From contig CALRWM010000001.1 in assembly GCA_943371875.1 (NCBI GenBank), positions 79,409-143,408 on the forward strand: 64,000 nucleotides of DNA, read 5' to 3'. Shown piece after piece: positions 28,379-38,268 of the stretch (position 1 is the stretch's first letter; every line of letters begins with the position of its first letter). The DNA comes from Prosthecobacter debontii. Its GTDB lineage: Bacteria > Verrucomicrobiota > Verrucomicrobiia > Verrucomicrobiales > Verrucomicrobiaceae. The notes under the pieces were generated by a model. That model saw only the letters and a list, made by a program, of their open reading frames with translations. It was not told where the DNA came from and made no database searches. The position numbers and the translations under genes are program-made.

Positions 28379-29014
28379 TTAGCGGATGATGAGTTTTACG
28401 GCACCCTGGCCCTGGCGGTCGTCGGCGGAGGAGACGAGGATTTGGGCGAGGTGATGGCCGGTGCGCCATGGGGCGCCGTTGATGGGTTTGACCTGAAGGA
28501 GGTAGGCGCCGGTGCCGACGTTGCGGAAGGAGGTGATGTTGTTGCTGAAGGGGGCCTGCTGGCCGGGGACTTCGAAGTACTCCATGAGGGTGAAGTGATC
28601 TTTGGTCAGATCTGTGACGGGCCAGCCGCTGCTGCTGACGAGCACGAGGATGTTGGCGGGATGGGAGTTGGCATTGGCGGCGACTCCTGCGGAGGCCTGG
28701 GCGGCGATGGTCAGCGCCACGGCGCCTCCTGCGCCTGATTTCATGACCAGCTTGGAAGCGGGTGCGGGGGATGGGGCTGCGGGCTTTGGTTCGGGGGCTT
28801 CAAAGACAGGTTTGAAGACGGGCGCGGGCTCAGCTTTTTTGACGGGGGGTGCAGGCGCTGGTTTGGCGGCGGCCTTGGGTTTCACCACTTCTGCTTTCTT
28901 TTTGGCCGGGGCTGCTTTCTTCATCGGTACAGGCTTCTTTTTGGCCACGACCGGCTTTTTGGATGCGGCAGGCTTTTTAGCAGGTGCCTTCTTGGGAGCA
29001 GGTTTTTTGGCCAT
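28379..29014 (-). CDS. Histone-H1-like Lys/Ala/Pro-rich N-terminus fused to a beta-rich (Ig-like) C-terminal domain
   Basis: MAKKPAPKKAPAKKPAASKKPVVAKKK repeats; C-terminal ILVLVSSSGWPVTDLTKDHFTLME...GAYLLQVKP; no signal peptide. Confidence 0.75.
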   Translation of the reverse strand: MAKKPAPKKAPAKKPAASKKPVVAKKKPVPMKKAAPAKKKAEVVKPKAAAKPAPAPPVKKAEPAPVFKPVFEAPEPKPAAPSPAPASKLVMKSGAGGAVALTIAAQASAGVAANANSHPANILVLVSSSGWPVTDLTKDHFTLMEYFEVPGQQAPFSNNITSFRNVGTGAYLLQVKPINGAPWRTGHHLAQILVSSADDRQGQGAVKLIIR

Positions 29015-29282
29015 AGTGGTGCGTGGGTCAGAATTGTTTCAATTTCCGCGAGGCTAGCAATACTGCTGCCCTTCTGTCGAGATTCCTCTTGGGACGGAGG
29101 CGTAAATATTAAGATGTCGAAAAAAGTATGAGAGGGTTTCGAAGAGGGCTGGTGAATCTGTTATTGAGAAACAACGAGCCGCTGCCAATTTGCATTTGAG
29201 GGTATCTCTAAAACCTCTAGTTGCTCGAATGAACAGTATTCTCATCATTCTGTAAGAAGATGAAAATTCTGAAAATAGACGA

Positions 29283-29312
29283 TTGCCAAGAATGCGGTCT
29301 GTCGATTATAAG
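29283..29312 (+). promoter_or_regulatory. Candidate sigma70 promoter for the dcw cluster
   Basis: TTGCCA-N18-TATAAG in an AT-rich divergent intergenic region. Confidence 0.3.
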
Positions 29313-29656
29313 GACTGGTTAGAATTTTAGGTTTACGTCTTTTCTGTCACGCTTCGAACATTCGACAGCACTGCCATTCCGCTTCTTTGATGAACGCGCT
29401 CTCAACAACAGGTTTCCCTTTGTCGCGACTCTTCCCTCGGCCAGTCCGACGGGAGCGGTCGTTCGTGAGGGAATGGTTTGCTGGGATTTCCAGACTGATT
29501 GAATTTACTCAAGTGGGCGGATGGGCTTGGTTCGGTGCTGCAGACGCCATGGATGATCTGATGCCTTGGGGTCGCGGCACGTTGGTGACACGTCAAGGTG
29601 CTGGAGGAGGGGGGGATGCACCAGAGCCTACTCAAACTGAAGCCGCTGTGAGAAAC

Positions 29657-30580
29657 ATGCCTTTTTACCATGCCCCTGTGCTGCTGGCGGAGGTGGTGGC
29701 GATGCTGCAACCTGCCCCGGGTAAGCTTTTTTTCGACGGCACCCTCGGTGGCGGAGGACATTCTGAGGCGCTGCTCCAGCATGGGGCGCGAGTCGTGGCG
29801 ATGGACCAGGATCAGAATGCGCTGAAGCACGCCACGGAACGGCTGAAGCCGTATGCGGCGCAGTTTTGTGCCCTGCGCGGCAATTTCCGCAATTTTCCAC
29901 AGATCGTCGATGAGACCGGGGTTTCGGGTTTTGACGGGATGCTGGTTGATATTGGGGTGTCGAGCCATCAGCTGGATGATGCGGCACGCGGCTTTTCTTT
30001 CATGAGAGACGGCCCGCTGGACCTGCGCATGGACACGGAATCGCCGCGCACGGCTGCGGATCTGGTGAACACCGAGGATGAGGCGGAACTCATGCGGATC
30101 TTCTTTGAGTATGGCGAAGAGCCCAATGGCCGGCGCATTGCGCGGGCGATTGTCAAAGCGCGCACGGCGAAGCCCATCCGCACGACCTTCCAGCTTGCTG
30201 AGATCGTTTCCATCGCGGCGCCGAAGCGTGGGAAGCGGCATCCGGCGACGCTGGTGTTTCAGGCACTGCGCATCGCGGTGAATGATGAGCTGGCCGCGTT
30301 GCATGATTTTCTTGCCGCAGCACCGCGCTGGCTGAAGCCGGGTGGCAGGCTGGCTGTTATCTCCTTTCACTCGCTGGAGGACCGCATCGTCAAACAGACG
30401 CTGCAGCACCTTTCAGCGCCATTCATTGACCGGCCTGAGTGGCCGGAAGCACGCAAAAACCCAGACTGCGTGCTGAAGCTCATCACGCGGAAGCCGGTGC
30501 AGGCGACGCCGCAAGAGATCGAACTGAACCCACGTGCGCGCAGCGCGGTGCTGCGCGTCGCCGAACGACTCCCCGCATGA
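29657..30580 (+). CDS. rsmH: 16S rRNA m4C1402 methyltransferase
   Basis: HAPVLL, DGTLGGGGHS, DIGVSSHQLD..RGFSF..DGPLDLRMD, FQALRIAVNDEL, FHSLEDRIVK, NPRARSA.LR; first gene of dcw cluster; ORF is open back to 29387. Confidence 0.95.
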   Translation: MPFYHAPVLLAEVVAMLQPAPGKLFFDGTLGGGGHSEALLQHGARVVAMDQDQNALKHATERLKPYAAQFCALRGNFRNFPQIVDETGVSGFDGMLVDIGVSSHQLDDAARGFSFMRDGPLDLRMDTESPRTAADLVNTEDEAELMRIFFEYGEEPNGRRIARAIVKARTAKPIRTTFQLAEIVSIAAPKRGKRHPATLVFQALRIAVNDELAALHDFLAAAPRWLKPGGRLAVISFHSLEDRIVKQTLQHLSAPFIDRPEWPEARKNPDCVLKLITRKPVQATPQEIELNPRARSAVLRVAERLPA

Positions 30581-30963
30581 AACCACGCCAGCGCAACCGC
30601 TACCGCAACAGCCTTGGACTTTCCACGATCACGGCGATCTTGATTGTTGTCGCATCGCTCGCGCTTGTGGGCCTGGGCATCGTGGTGAGCAAGAACCGGG
30701 TGCGTGCGATCGGTGAGGACCAGCGCAAGGTGGAAGCCGACATGCGGCTGTTGAATGCCGAGATTCTCGCCCTGAACAACCGCATTGAAACGATGCTGAC
30801 ACGTGACCGTGTGCAGCCGCGCCTCACCAATGCGGGCACCCTGCTGCGTCCGATCACGAAGCACGGAATTCTTCTTCTCAAACCCCTGCCTGAAGCGCCG
30901 GCGAAAGCCGCTGCCACGGCTGCGGATCCGTCTGTCGCCCAAAACATGCCCAAGGCCCCGTGA
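30577..30963 (+). CDS. ftsL: Cell division protein FtsL-like
   Basis: Basic N-terminus, single TM, coiled coil; position between rsmH and ftsI; ATGA overlap. Confidence 0.75.
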   Translation: MKPRQRNRYRNSLGLSTITAILIVVASLALVGLGIVVSKNRVRAIGEDQRKVEADMRLLNAEILALNNRIETMLTRDRVQPRLTNAGTLLRPITKHGILLLKPLPEAPAKAAATAADPSVAQNMPKAP

Positions 30964-32822
30964 GTCAACCCCTGCCAAATCAAATCCAGCTCCGCCGGGA
31001 CCGCCCGGTGTGCCGCCGCATGCTGCTGCTGCTGTTTGTGCTGCTGGCGGGGTTTTCGCTGGTGACGTGGCGTCTGGCGGTCATCCAGATCAAGGAATCG
31101 CCGCGTCTGGTGGTGCTGGCAGCGCGCAAATACCAGCGGCACATCGTGCTGCCTGCGCACCGTGGTGCCATCAAGGATCTGAGCGGTGAATACCTGGCGC
31201 ATGATGAAGATGTGCGGGAGCTGTACACGGACCGCACGCATCTGCGTGAAGTGATTACGGTGAGGCATCAGCTGGCGGCGATCCGAGGTGTGAAGGCCGT
31301 GGAGCTGCGTGAACAGCTGAGTGAGACGGAAACCATTGCCGCCTACCATGCGCATGTGGCCAAGGTGCTGGCGGGCATCCTCCCGCAGTCAGAACAGGAA
31401 ATTCGCAGCCAGATTGACTCAGACAAACCGGAAATCGTCCTCGCGAAACTGGTGGATGAAGAAACGGCGAAGCAGTGGAGCGACCTCTTCAAGAAATCGC
31501 ACATTTTCGGCATCTACACGCGCCCGACGGTGGCACGCCGCTTCCCGGCGCAGGATCGCCTGTCGCTGGTGCTTGGAGACACCGACACCGCCAACAAGGG
31601 GCGCTGGGGAGTCGAAAAGCTGATGGATGCCAAACTCACCGGGATTGCCGGGGAGCAATTGATCGAGCGTGACAAGTCCGGCCACGAGCTGCCTTCGTAT
31701 CGTAGTCAAGTCATTGATCCACAGCATGGTAGCGATGCTCATCTCACCATCGACATGCAGCTGCAGGACAATGTTGAAGCCATTTGCGAGCGAGCCTGGA
31801 AGGCCAACAAGGCACGCCGGGTGGTCATCGTCGTCACGGAGCCCTCCACGGGCACTGTGCTGGCCATGGCGGCGCGCCCGCACCGTGATCTGAGCAACCC
31901 GGATGTCAGCACCTGGACCAATCATGTTATCGCAGAGCCGTATGAGCCGGGCTCGATCTTCAAGGTCGTCACGCTGGCGGCGGGGCTCGACAATCACAAA
32001 ATCTCACCCGGCGAGAAGATCGACTGCGGCAACATGTATTACGAAGATCCGGTGCGTAAGGTGAAACTCAGTGATGACGAACCTTTGGGCATGCAAACTG
32101 TCAAGGGGGTGCTGGTGCATTCGAGCAACATTGGCATGTACAAAATTAGCAAACGTGTTGGACAGGACATGATGCTCGACTATGCCACAAGGTTTGGTTT
32201 TGGTTCTCCCACCGGAATCGGTCTCCTCGGCGAAAAAGCCGGGTACCTCAACACCGGCAAGTGGAGCAACACCACCTATTCACGCATGCCTATTGGATAT
32301 GAAGTATCAGTCACCCCGCTGCAGATGTGCATGGCCTATGGAGCCATTGCCAACGGCGGTGTGCTCATGAAGCCGCGGCTCATCGACCGCATCGTCAAGC
32401 CGAACGGCGACACAGAAATCATGCCGCCTCAGCCTGTCTGGCAGGTTTGCACGGCGAAAACTGCTGCTTCCTTGCGGGACTTCCTTGAAGGTGTCGTTTT
32501 GGAAGGCACCGGCAAGCGTGCTGCGCTGCCCGAGGTTCGGATCGGGGGCAAAACAGGGACCACCCGGCGTTACGATCCTGAAAAGAAACGCTACATTGAC
32601 GGTTCTTACCTGACGTCGTTTGTCGGCATGGCTCCGATCGACAACCCCAAGCTCGTCTGCCTGGTGATGCTTGATGATCCGAAGGCTGAGAGCTCCGCGA
32701 TGGTGCGCGGAGGCCGAGTGGCGGCACCCATTTTTGCCGAGGTCGTGCGGGAGACGCTCGATCATCTGGCGATTCGCAATGAACGTCCCATCAAGGTGGC
32801 GGCAAAAGGAGGCGTTCAATGA
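30960..32822 (+). CDS. ftsI: Penicillin-binding protein 3 (septal transpeptidase)
   Basis: AHRGAIKD, EPGSIFK (SxxK), SSN, KTGT. Confidence 0.93.
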   Translation: MSQPLPNQIQLRRDRPVCRRMLLLLFVLLAGFSLVTWRLAVIQIKESPRLVVLAARKYQRHIVLPAHRGAIKDLSGEYLAHDEDVRELYTDRTHLREVITVRHQLAAIRGVKAVELREQLSETETIAAYHAHVAKVLAGILPQSEQEIRSQIDSDKPEIVLAKLVDEETAKQWSDLFKKSHIFGIYTRPTVARRFPAQDRLSLVLGDTDTANKGRWGVEKLMDAKLTGIAGEQLIERDKSGHELPSYRSQVIDPQHGSDAHLTIDMQLQDNVEAICERAWKANKARRVVIVVTEPSTGTVLAMAARPHRDLSNPDVSTWTNHVIAEPYEPGSIFKVVTLAAGLDNHKISPGEKIDCGNMYYEDPVRKVKLSDDEPLGMQTVKGVLVHSSNIGMYKISKRVGQDMMLDYATRFGFGSPTGIGLLGEKAGYLNTGKWSNTTYSRMPIGYEVSVTPLQMCMAYGAIANGGVLMKPRLIDRIVKPNGDTEIMPPQPVWQVCTAKTAASLRDFLEGVVLEGTGKRAALPEVRIGGKTGTTRRYDPEKKRYIDGSYLTSFVGMAPIDNPKLVCLVMLDDPKAESSAMVRGGRVAAPIFAEVVRETLDHLAIRNERPIKVAAKGGVQ

Positions 32823-34411
32823 TACTTCGCGACATTATTCCCTATCTCGACAAGCCGGCGGTTTCCGGCAGCCTCGACACTGACATCACCGGCTTTGCGT
32901 ACGACTCGCGACTGGTTGGCCCAGGCATCGCATTCGTCGCCATTCGTGGCACGCATTCCGATGGGCATGACTTCATTGACAAGGCGATCGAACTCGGCGC
33001 AGCGGCGATCATTGCCGAGCGGGCCCCGGCGGAGGACTGCACGGTGCCTTGGGTGCATGTGCGGCACTCACGCACCGCTCTTGCGCAGGCTGCGGCGACC
33101 CTGAACGGTTTCCCGGCCAAAGGGCTCACCATTGCCGGCATCACCGGTACGAATGGCAAGACCACCACGGCGTTTCTGCTGCACCATCTTTTCAATTCCG
33201 CGCAGATGCGCAGCGGATTGCTGGGCACGGTGTTTTATGACCTCGGTGACGGTGAGCAAATACCTGCCTCACACACCACGCCCGAATCACTCGAAATCCA
33301 GGGTTTGCTGGCAGGCATGCGTGGCAACGGCTGTCGCGCCTGCGTCATGGAAGTGTCTTCCCATGCGCTGGATCAGGACCGCATCTATGGCCTGCCGTTT
33401 GCGGCTGCTATTTTCACGAACCTGACGCAGGACCATCTGGACTACCACGGTACGATGGAGAAGTACTTCGAGGCCAAGGTGAAGCTGTTTCAAATCACCG
33501 CTGATTCATCGAAGCGCTCGGCCTTGATCATCAATGGTGACGACTCGTGGGGGCGCAAGCTCGCCCAGCGTTTCGAGCACACGGGCCGAGTTGTGCGTTT
33601 CGGCTTTGGTGTCGGTTGTGAGTATCGGGCAATCAATGTGCGCTACGACATGAACGGTACGACGTTCGAACTTGAAGCGAAAGGCCGCAGTTTCCTGGTG
33701 CGCCTGCCGCTCATCGGGGACTTCAATGTTTACAACGCGCTCGGCGCTCTCGCTGCGGCCCAGGGCGTCGGCTTGAATTTGCGTGAAGCCATCAAGAGCC
33801 TGCAAAACGCGCCGCAGGTGCCGGGACGCATGGAACGGGTGTCTGAAAATTCACGCTTCCAGGTCTTCGTCGATTACGCGCATACGCCGGACGGTTTGGA
33901 GAATGCCCTGCGCACCGCGCGCGCGCTGCGTCCGCGCCGTTTGATCACGGTGTTTGGCTGCGGAGGCGACCGGGACCGGACCAAGCGTGCGAAGATGGCT
34001 GCTGCGGCGGAAGCTGGCAGCGACATCTGCGTGCTGACCTCCGACAATCCGCGCACCGAAGATCCGCAGCAAATTTTGGACGATGCCAAGGCTGGCTTCG
34101 CCCGTCCGCAAAAGCACGCCATCATCATGGACCGCCGCGAGGCCATCCAGACGGCGATGCAGAATGCGTGGGACGGCGATCTCGTGCTGATTGCCGGCAA
34201 AGGGCACGAGGACTATCAGGACATTCAGGGTAAAAAGCATCCATTCGATGATCGCAAAATCGCCCGCTTCTTCCTTCAGCAACTCAAAGCTGAACGTGCT
34301 GCTGAGCGCGAAGAAAAAGAGGCTGAACGCGAAGCGATGCGTGGTGGGTTTGACCGCCCCGACCGCCCCGACCGCCCCGGACCTGACCGACCTGACAGAT
34401 TCAACCGATGA
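32819..34411 (+). CDS. murE: UDP-MurNAc-tripeptide synthetase (meso-DAP type)
   Basis: GITGTNGKTTT, HTTPES, MEVSSHALDQ, NLTQDHLDYH, DYAHTPDG, FGCGGDRDRTKR, DNPR, AGKGHE; DRP-repeat tail. Confidence 0.97.
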   Translation: MILRDIIPYLDKPAVSGSLDTDITGFAYDSRLVGPGIAFVAIRGTHSDGHDFIDKAIELGAAAIIAERAPAEDCTVPWVHVRHSRTALAQAAATLNGFPAKGLTIAGITGTNGKTTTAFLLHHLFNSAQMRSGLLGTVFYDLGDGEQIPASHTTPESLEIQGLLAGMRGNGCRACVMEVSSHALDQDRIYGLPFAAAIFTNLTQDHLDYHGTMEKYFEAKVKLFQITADSSKRSALIINGDDSWGRKLAQRFEHTGRVVRFGFGVGCEYRAINVRYDMNGTTFELEAKGRSFLVRLPLIGDFNVYNALGALAAAQGVGLNLREAIKSLQNAPQVPGRMERVSENSRFQVFVDYAHTPDGLENALRTARALRPRRLITVFGCGGDRDRTKRAKMAAAAEAGSDICVLTSDNPRTEDPQQILDDAKAGFARPQKHAIIMDRREAIQTAMQNAWDGDLVLIAGKGHEDYQDIQGKKHPFDDRKIARFFLQQLKAERAAEREEKEAEREAMRGGFDRPDRPDRPGPDRPDRFNR

Positions 34412-35772
34412 TTCCTATCGCACTCCAGACGCTTGCCCAATTCGCCGCAGGGACCCTGCGTGGTGATGGTGCGCGTCTGGTGACGAATGTGAACACCGAC
34501 TCGCGCAAGATCACCGCTGGTGAGGTGTTCGTGGCGTTGGTGGGAGACAAGTTTGATGCGCACGATTTCATCCCGCAGGTGGCTGCGGCTGGTGCGGCCG
34601 CCGTTGTGGTCAGCAAAGTCAATCCGACCTGGGGCACGCTGCCATGCGCTGTGATCGAAACGGGAGACACGCTGCTGGCGCTGCAAAACATGGCGCGCAG
34701 TTATCGTGAACATCATGCGCCGTTGATCATTGGACTGACCGGCAGCAATGGGAAGACTTCGACCAAGGATCTCACGGCCGTGATCATGGCACGCAAATGC
34801 CAGACGCGTGCGACCTTTGGCAATCTGAACAATCATATCGGCCTGCCGCTGACGCTGCTTTCGCTGAGTGAAGGCGACCAGTGCTGCGTGACGGAGATGG
34901 GCATGAACCATGCGGGTGAGATCAAGGTGCTCACGGACATCGCGAAACCGGATGCGGGGATCATCACCAACGTCGGCATGGCGCACATCGAATACATGGG
35001 CACGCAGGACGCGATTGCCTGGGAAAAGGGCACGCTGGCGGCGAACGTGCGCGCCGGTGGCGTGGTGGTGCTGAATGCGAATGACAAGTACAGCGAGGTC
35101 ATCGCGCGTCACTGCCAGGGGAGTGTCTCGATGGCGGGTGTGGGATGCGGCGATGTGGCGGCCTCCAATCTGCGCGCGGATGCGACGGGCACGACCTTCA
35201 CGCTCGACTTTGGCGGTGAGAAAGTGGAAACGCGCCTGCCGATTCTCGGCGAACACATGGTCGGCAATGCCGCGCTGGCGGCATGCATGGGCTGGAGGCA
35301 GGGCATTGCGCCTGCTGAGATCGCGGAAGCCCTGAATCAGGCGAAGCTCACTGGAGGCCGCGTGGAGCCAAAGGTGGTGAATGGCATCCAGTTCATTGAT
35401 GACTCCTACAATGCGAATCCTGACAGCATGATCGCTGGACTGCGCACGCTCAGCATGCTGGGGCAAGCCGGGAGCCGCCGTGTGGCGGTGCTGGGCCGCA
35501 TGGGTGAGCTGGGGCCGATTGCGGAAGCGGAACATCGCCGGGTGGGCGAGTTTGCGGGTTCGCTCAAGCTCGACGCGGTGTTCAGTGTGGGCGGCAACGA
35601 AGCCGCATGGATCACCGAAGCCTCGAAGGCTGTAGCATCCGAACATTTTCCCGATCAAGCCTCTTGTGCCGCACGTCTGCGTGAGTGGTTGCGCGAGGGA
35701 GACGTGGTGCTGCTCAAAGGCAGCCGCTCCGCGCGCATGGAACAGGTCCTCACGCATTTTTCCGCCTCATGA
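34408..35772 (+). CDS. murF: UDP-MurNAc-tripeptide--D-Ala-D-Ala ligase
   Basis: GLTGSNGKTSTK, NLNNHIGLP, EMGMNHAGEI, DDSYNANPDS, LKGSRSARME. Confidence 0.97.
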   Translation: MIPIALQTLAQFAAGTLRGDGARLVTNVNTDSRKITAGEVFVALVGDKFDAHDFIPQVAAAGAAAVVVSKVNPTWGTLPCAVIETGDTLLALQNMARSYREHHAPLIIGLTGSNGKTSTKDLTAVIMARKCQTRATFGNLNNHIGLPLTLLSLSEGDQCCVTEMGMNHAGEIKVLTDIAKPDAGIITNVGMAHIEYMGTQDAIAWEKGTLAANVRAGGVVVLNANDKYSEVIARHCQGSVSMAGVGCGDVAASNLRADATGTTFTLDFGGEKVETRLPILGEHMVGNAALAACMGWRQGIAPAEIAEALNQAKLTGGRVEPKVVNGIQFIDDSYNANPDSMIAGLRTLSMLGQAGSRRVAVLGRMGELGPIAEAEHRRVGEFAGSLKLDAVFSVGGNEAAWITEASKAVASEHFPDQASCAARLREWLREGDVVLLKGSRSARMEQVLTHFSAS

Positions 35773-36914
35773 TGTACTGGCTTTACGAACTTAGGGAATG
35801 GCTCTTCGCTCATCAATGGATCAGCGATGACGCCGCTCTGTACAAAATTCTCAATCTCTTCAAGTACCACACCTTCCGTGCCGGTGGCGCTGCAGTCACG
35901 GCGTTTGCGCTTTCGCTGATGTATGGGGACCGCCTCATCCGCAAACTGATCTCGTTGAAGATGGGCCAGCCGATTCGCACCGCCGAAGAAGTGCACAAGC
36001 TGCATGAACTGCACGGCAAGAAGGCCGGCACGCCAACGATGGGAGGCCTGCTCATTCTCTCGGCGATTGTGATCTCGACGCTGATGTGGGCGAAGTGGGA
36101 CAACATCATGGTCTGGACGGTGCTGTTCACCACCATCGGTCTCGGTGCTCTGGGCTTCCGCGATGACTACCTGAAAATCAGCAAGAAGAACTCGAAGGGC
36201 GTCAGCGCCCGGACCAAGCTCATCTGGCAGACCTCGGTGGCGGTGGTGGCGGGGCTGCTGTTTGCCTATGCGGTGCCAGGAGACAACGGCATCACGCTGC
36301 GCGCGCTTTACATTCCGTTTGTGAAGGATGCGGTAATTCCTGACATGCACCTTTTTGCCGTCGCATTCTTTGCCGTCATCATCGTGGGGGCTTCGAATGC
36401 GGTGAACCTCACGGACGGACTGGATGGCCTTGCCACCGGCTGCTCGATCACCACGTCGCTGGCGTATGCGGCGTTTGGCTACATCTGCGGCAACGCGAAG
36501 TATTCGGAATACCTGGGAGTTGCGCACAACAGCCTGGCCAACGAACTGCCCATCGTGGCAATGGCGATGGCGGGCGCCTGCCTCGGCTTCCTTTGGTTCA
36601 ATGCGCATCCGGCCAAGATGTTCATGGGAGACACGGGTTCGCTGGCGCTGGGCGGCTGCATCGCGGCGCTGGCCATCGGGTGCAAACAGGAGATCGTGCT
36701 GGCCCTCGTCGGCGGGGTGTTTGTGATGGAGGCGATGAGCGTCATTCTGCAGGTCTGGAGCTTCAAGAAGCGCGGCAAGCGCATCTTCCGCATGGCTCCG
36801 ATTCATCATCATTTTGAACTCGGCGGCTGGCATGAAAACCAGGTGATTGTGCGCTTCTGGGTGCTCTCACTGCTGTTTGCCATGCTCGGTCTTGCCACGC
36901 TCAAGCTTCGTTAA
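35769..36914 (+). CDS. mraY: Phospho-N-acetylmuramoyl-pentapeptide transferase
   Basis: KKAGTPTMGG, DDYLK, NAVNLTDGLDGL, FMGDTGSLALG, APIHHHFE. Confidence 0.97.
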   Translation: MMYWLYELREWLFAHQWISDDAALYKILNLFKYHTFRAGGAAVTAFALSLMYGDRLIRKLISLKMGQPIRTAEEVHKLHELHGKKAGTPTMGGLLILSAIVISTLMWAKWDNIMVWTVLFTTIGLGALGFRDDYLKISKKNSKGVSARTKLIWQTSVAVVAGLLFAYAVPGDNGITLRALYIPFVKDAVIPDMHLFAVAFFAVIIVGASNAVNLTDGLDGLATGCSITTSLAYAAFGYICGNAKYSEYLGVAHNSLANELPIVAMAMAGACLGFLWFNAHPAKMFMGDTGSLALGGCIAALAIGCKQEIVLALVGGVFVMEAMSVILQVWSFKKRGKRIFRMAPIHHHFELGGWHENQVIVRFWVLSLLFAMLGLATLKLR

Positions 36915-36919
36915 TTTTC

Positions 36920-38224
36920 ATGCGCTTCGCCTCACAACACTTTGCCATTCTCGGTGCTGGACGCAGCGGCCTCGGTGCCGCGCGTCTGGCGCGCCTGCAT
37001 GGTGCGGAAGTGACGATTTTTGATGAGGGTGACAAGGCGAAGCAGGTCGAAGATTTCCGATGCGTGCTCGGACAAGCTGCGCGCGATCTCGTCGTTGAGC
37101 CCGGAAAGTTTCAGCAGGTCATCATCAGCCCCGGGCTGGATGAACACTGGCCGTTGCCGAAGAAGTTCACGGACGCGGGAGTGCCGCTGGTGGGTGAAAC
37201 GGAGCTTGCCTTTCATCTGACCGACATGCCGATGGTGGCGATCACCGGCACGAACGGCAAGAGCACCTGCACGGAGTTGATTGCAGTGCTGTTCAACGGC
37301 TGCGGCATGAGATCGCTGCCCTGCGGCAATCATGGCGTGTCCTTGAGTGAAGTCGTCGCCAGTGGCGTACGTTACGATGTGCTCGCGCTTGAGATCAGCA
37401 GCTTTCAGCTTGAGACGATTCGTGACTTCCGCGCGAAGGCCACGTTGTGGCTCAATTTTGCGCCGGATCATCTGGACCGCTATCCGGACATGGAGTCGTA
37501 CTTTGCCGCGAAGGCCCGTGTTTTTGAAAACGTCACGGCGGACGATGTGGCCATCGTGCGCGCAGGTGAGAGTGTGTCGTCCGGCCCAGCGCAGCGCTGG
37601 ACCTTTTCTGCCTATGGCGAGGAGGCGGGCTACACCTACAGTGCCGGACGCTTTTATCATCTCGGCGAGGAAATTGGCAGTGCAGGCGGGTTGAAACTGC
37701 GTGGCAAACACAACATGGAGAACGTGCTTGCTGCGCTGATGACCGGACGCGTGTTTGGGCTGCAGTATTCCAGCATGCTGAAGGCGATGGAGAGCTACGA
37801 GCCGCCAAGGCACCGCTGCGAACTGGTGCGCACACTTCACGACCGTGAATACATCAATGACTCCAAGGCGACCAACCTGCATGCGCTGGAAGCCTGCCTG
37901 CGTTCGCAGGAGCGCCCGATCGTACTGATCGCCGGCGGCAAGGACAAGGAGCTGGACTACACGCCGTTGCGCGCGGAATTGAACGGCCAAGTTCGCGCGA
38001 TGGTGTTCATCGGCGAGATCGCGCAGCAGCTGCAGGCTATGTTTGGCGATCTGCTGCCCTGCCAGTGTGCCACCGACATGGCGGACGCGGTGCGTCTGGC
38101 CACGGAAGTTTCTCAGGCGGGGGATGCGATCATCCTCAGTCCCGGCACCTCCTCTTTCGACATGTACACCGGCTATGCCCAGCGCGGTGATGTTTTTCGT
38201 GAGGCCGTGAACGCCTTGAATTGA
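36920..38224 (+). CDS. murD: UDP-MurNAc-L-Ala--D-Glu ligase
   Basis: GAGRSG, ITGTNGKSTCT, EISSFQL, DHLDRY, HRCE, INDSKATN, LIAGG, SPGTSSFD. Confidence 0.96.
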   Translation: MRFASQHFAILGAGRSGLGAARLARLHGAEVTIFDEGDKAKQVEDFRCVLGQAARDLVVEPGKFQQVIISPGLDEHWPLPKKFTDAGVPLVGETELAFHLTDMPMVAITGTNGKSTCTELIAVLFNGCGMRSLPCGNHGVSLSEVVASGVRYDVLALEISSFQLETIRDFRAKATLWLNFAPDHLDRYPDMESYFAAKARVFENVTADDVAIVRAGESVSSGPAQRWTFSAYGEEAGYTYSAGRFYHLGEEIGSAGGLKLRGKHNMENVLAALMTGRVFGLQYSSMLKAMESYEPPRHRCELVRTLHDREYINDSKATNLHALEACLRSQERPIVLIAGGKDKELDYTPLRAELNGQVRAMVFIGEIAQQLQAMFGDLLPCQCATDMADAVRLATEVSQAGDAIILSPGTSSFDMYTGYAQRGDVFREAVNALN

Positions 38225-38268
38225 ATTTAAAGACCCCCAATCCCGACAATCCCAGACCCCAAGGTCCT

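Noticed and set aside
29512-29532. GTGGG/ATGGG repeats as MraZ boxes
   Set aside because: Only two matches at 9-bp rather than 10-bp spacing, and no mraZ is present.
29387-29656. 90-codon upstream extension of rsmH or a hidden mraZ
   Set aside because: No MraZ/AbrB motifs, and the canonical RsmH start fits ATG 29657. A real extension cannot be excluded without proteomics.
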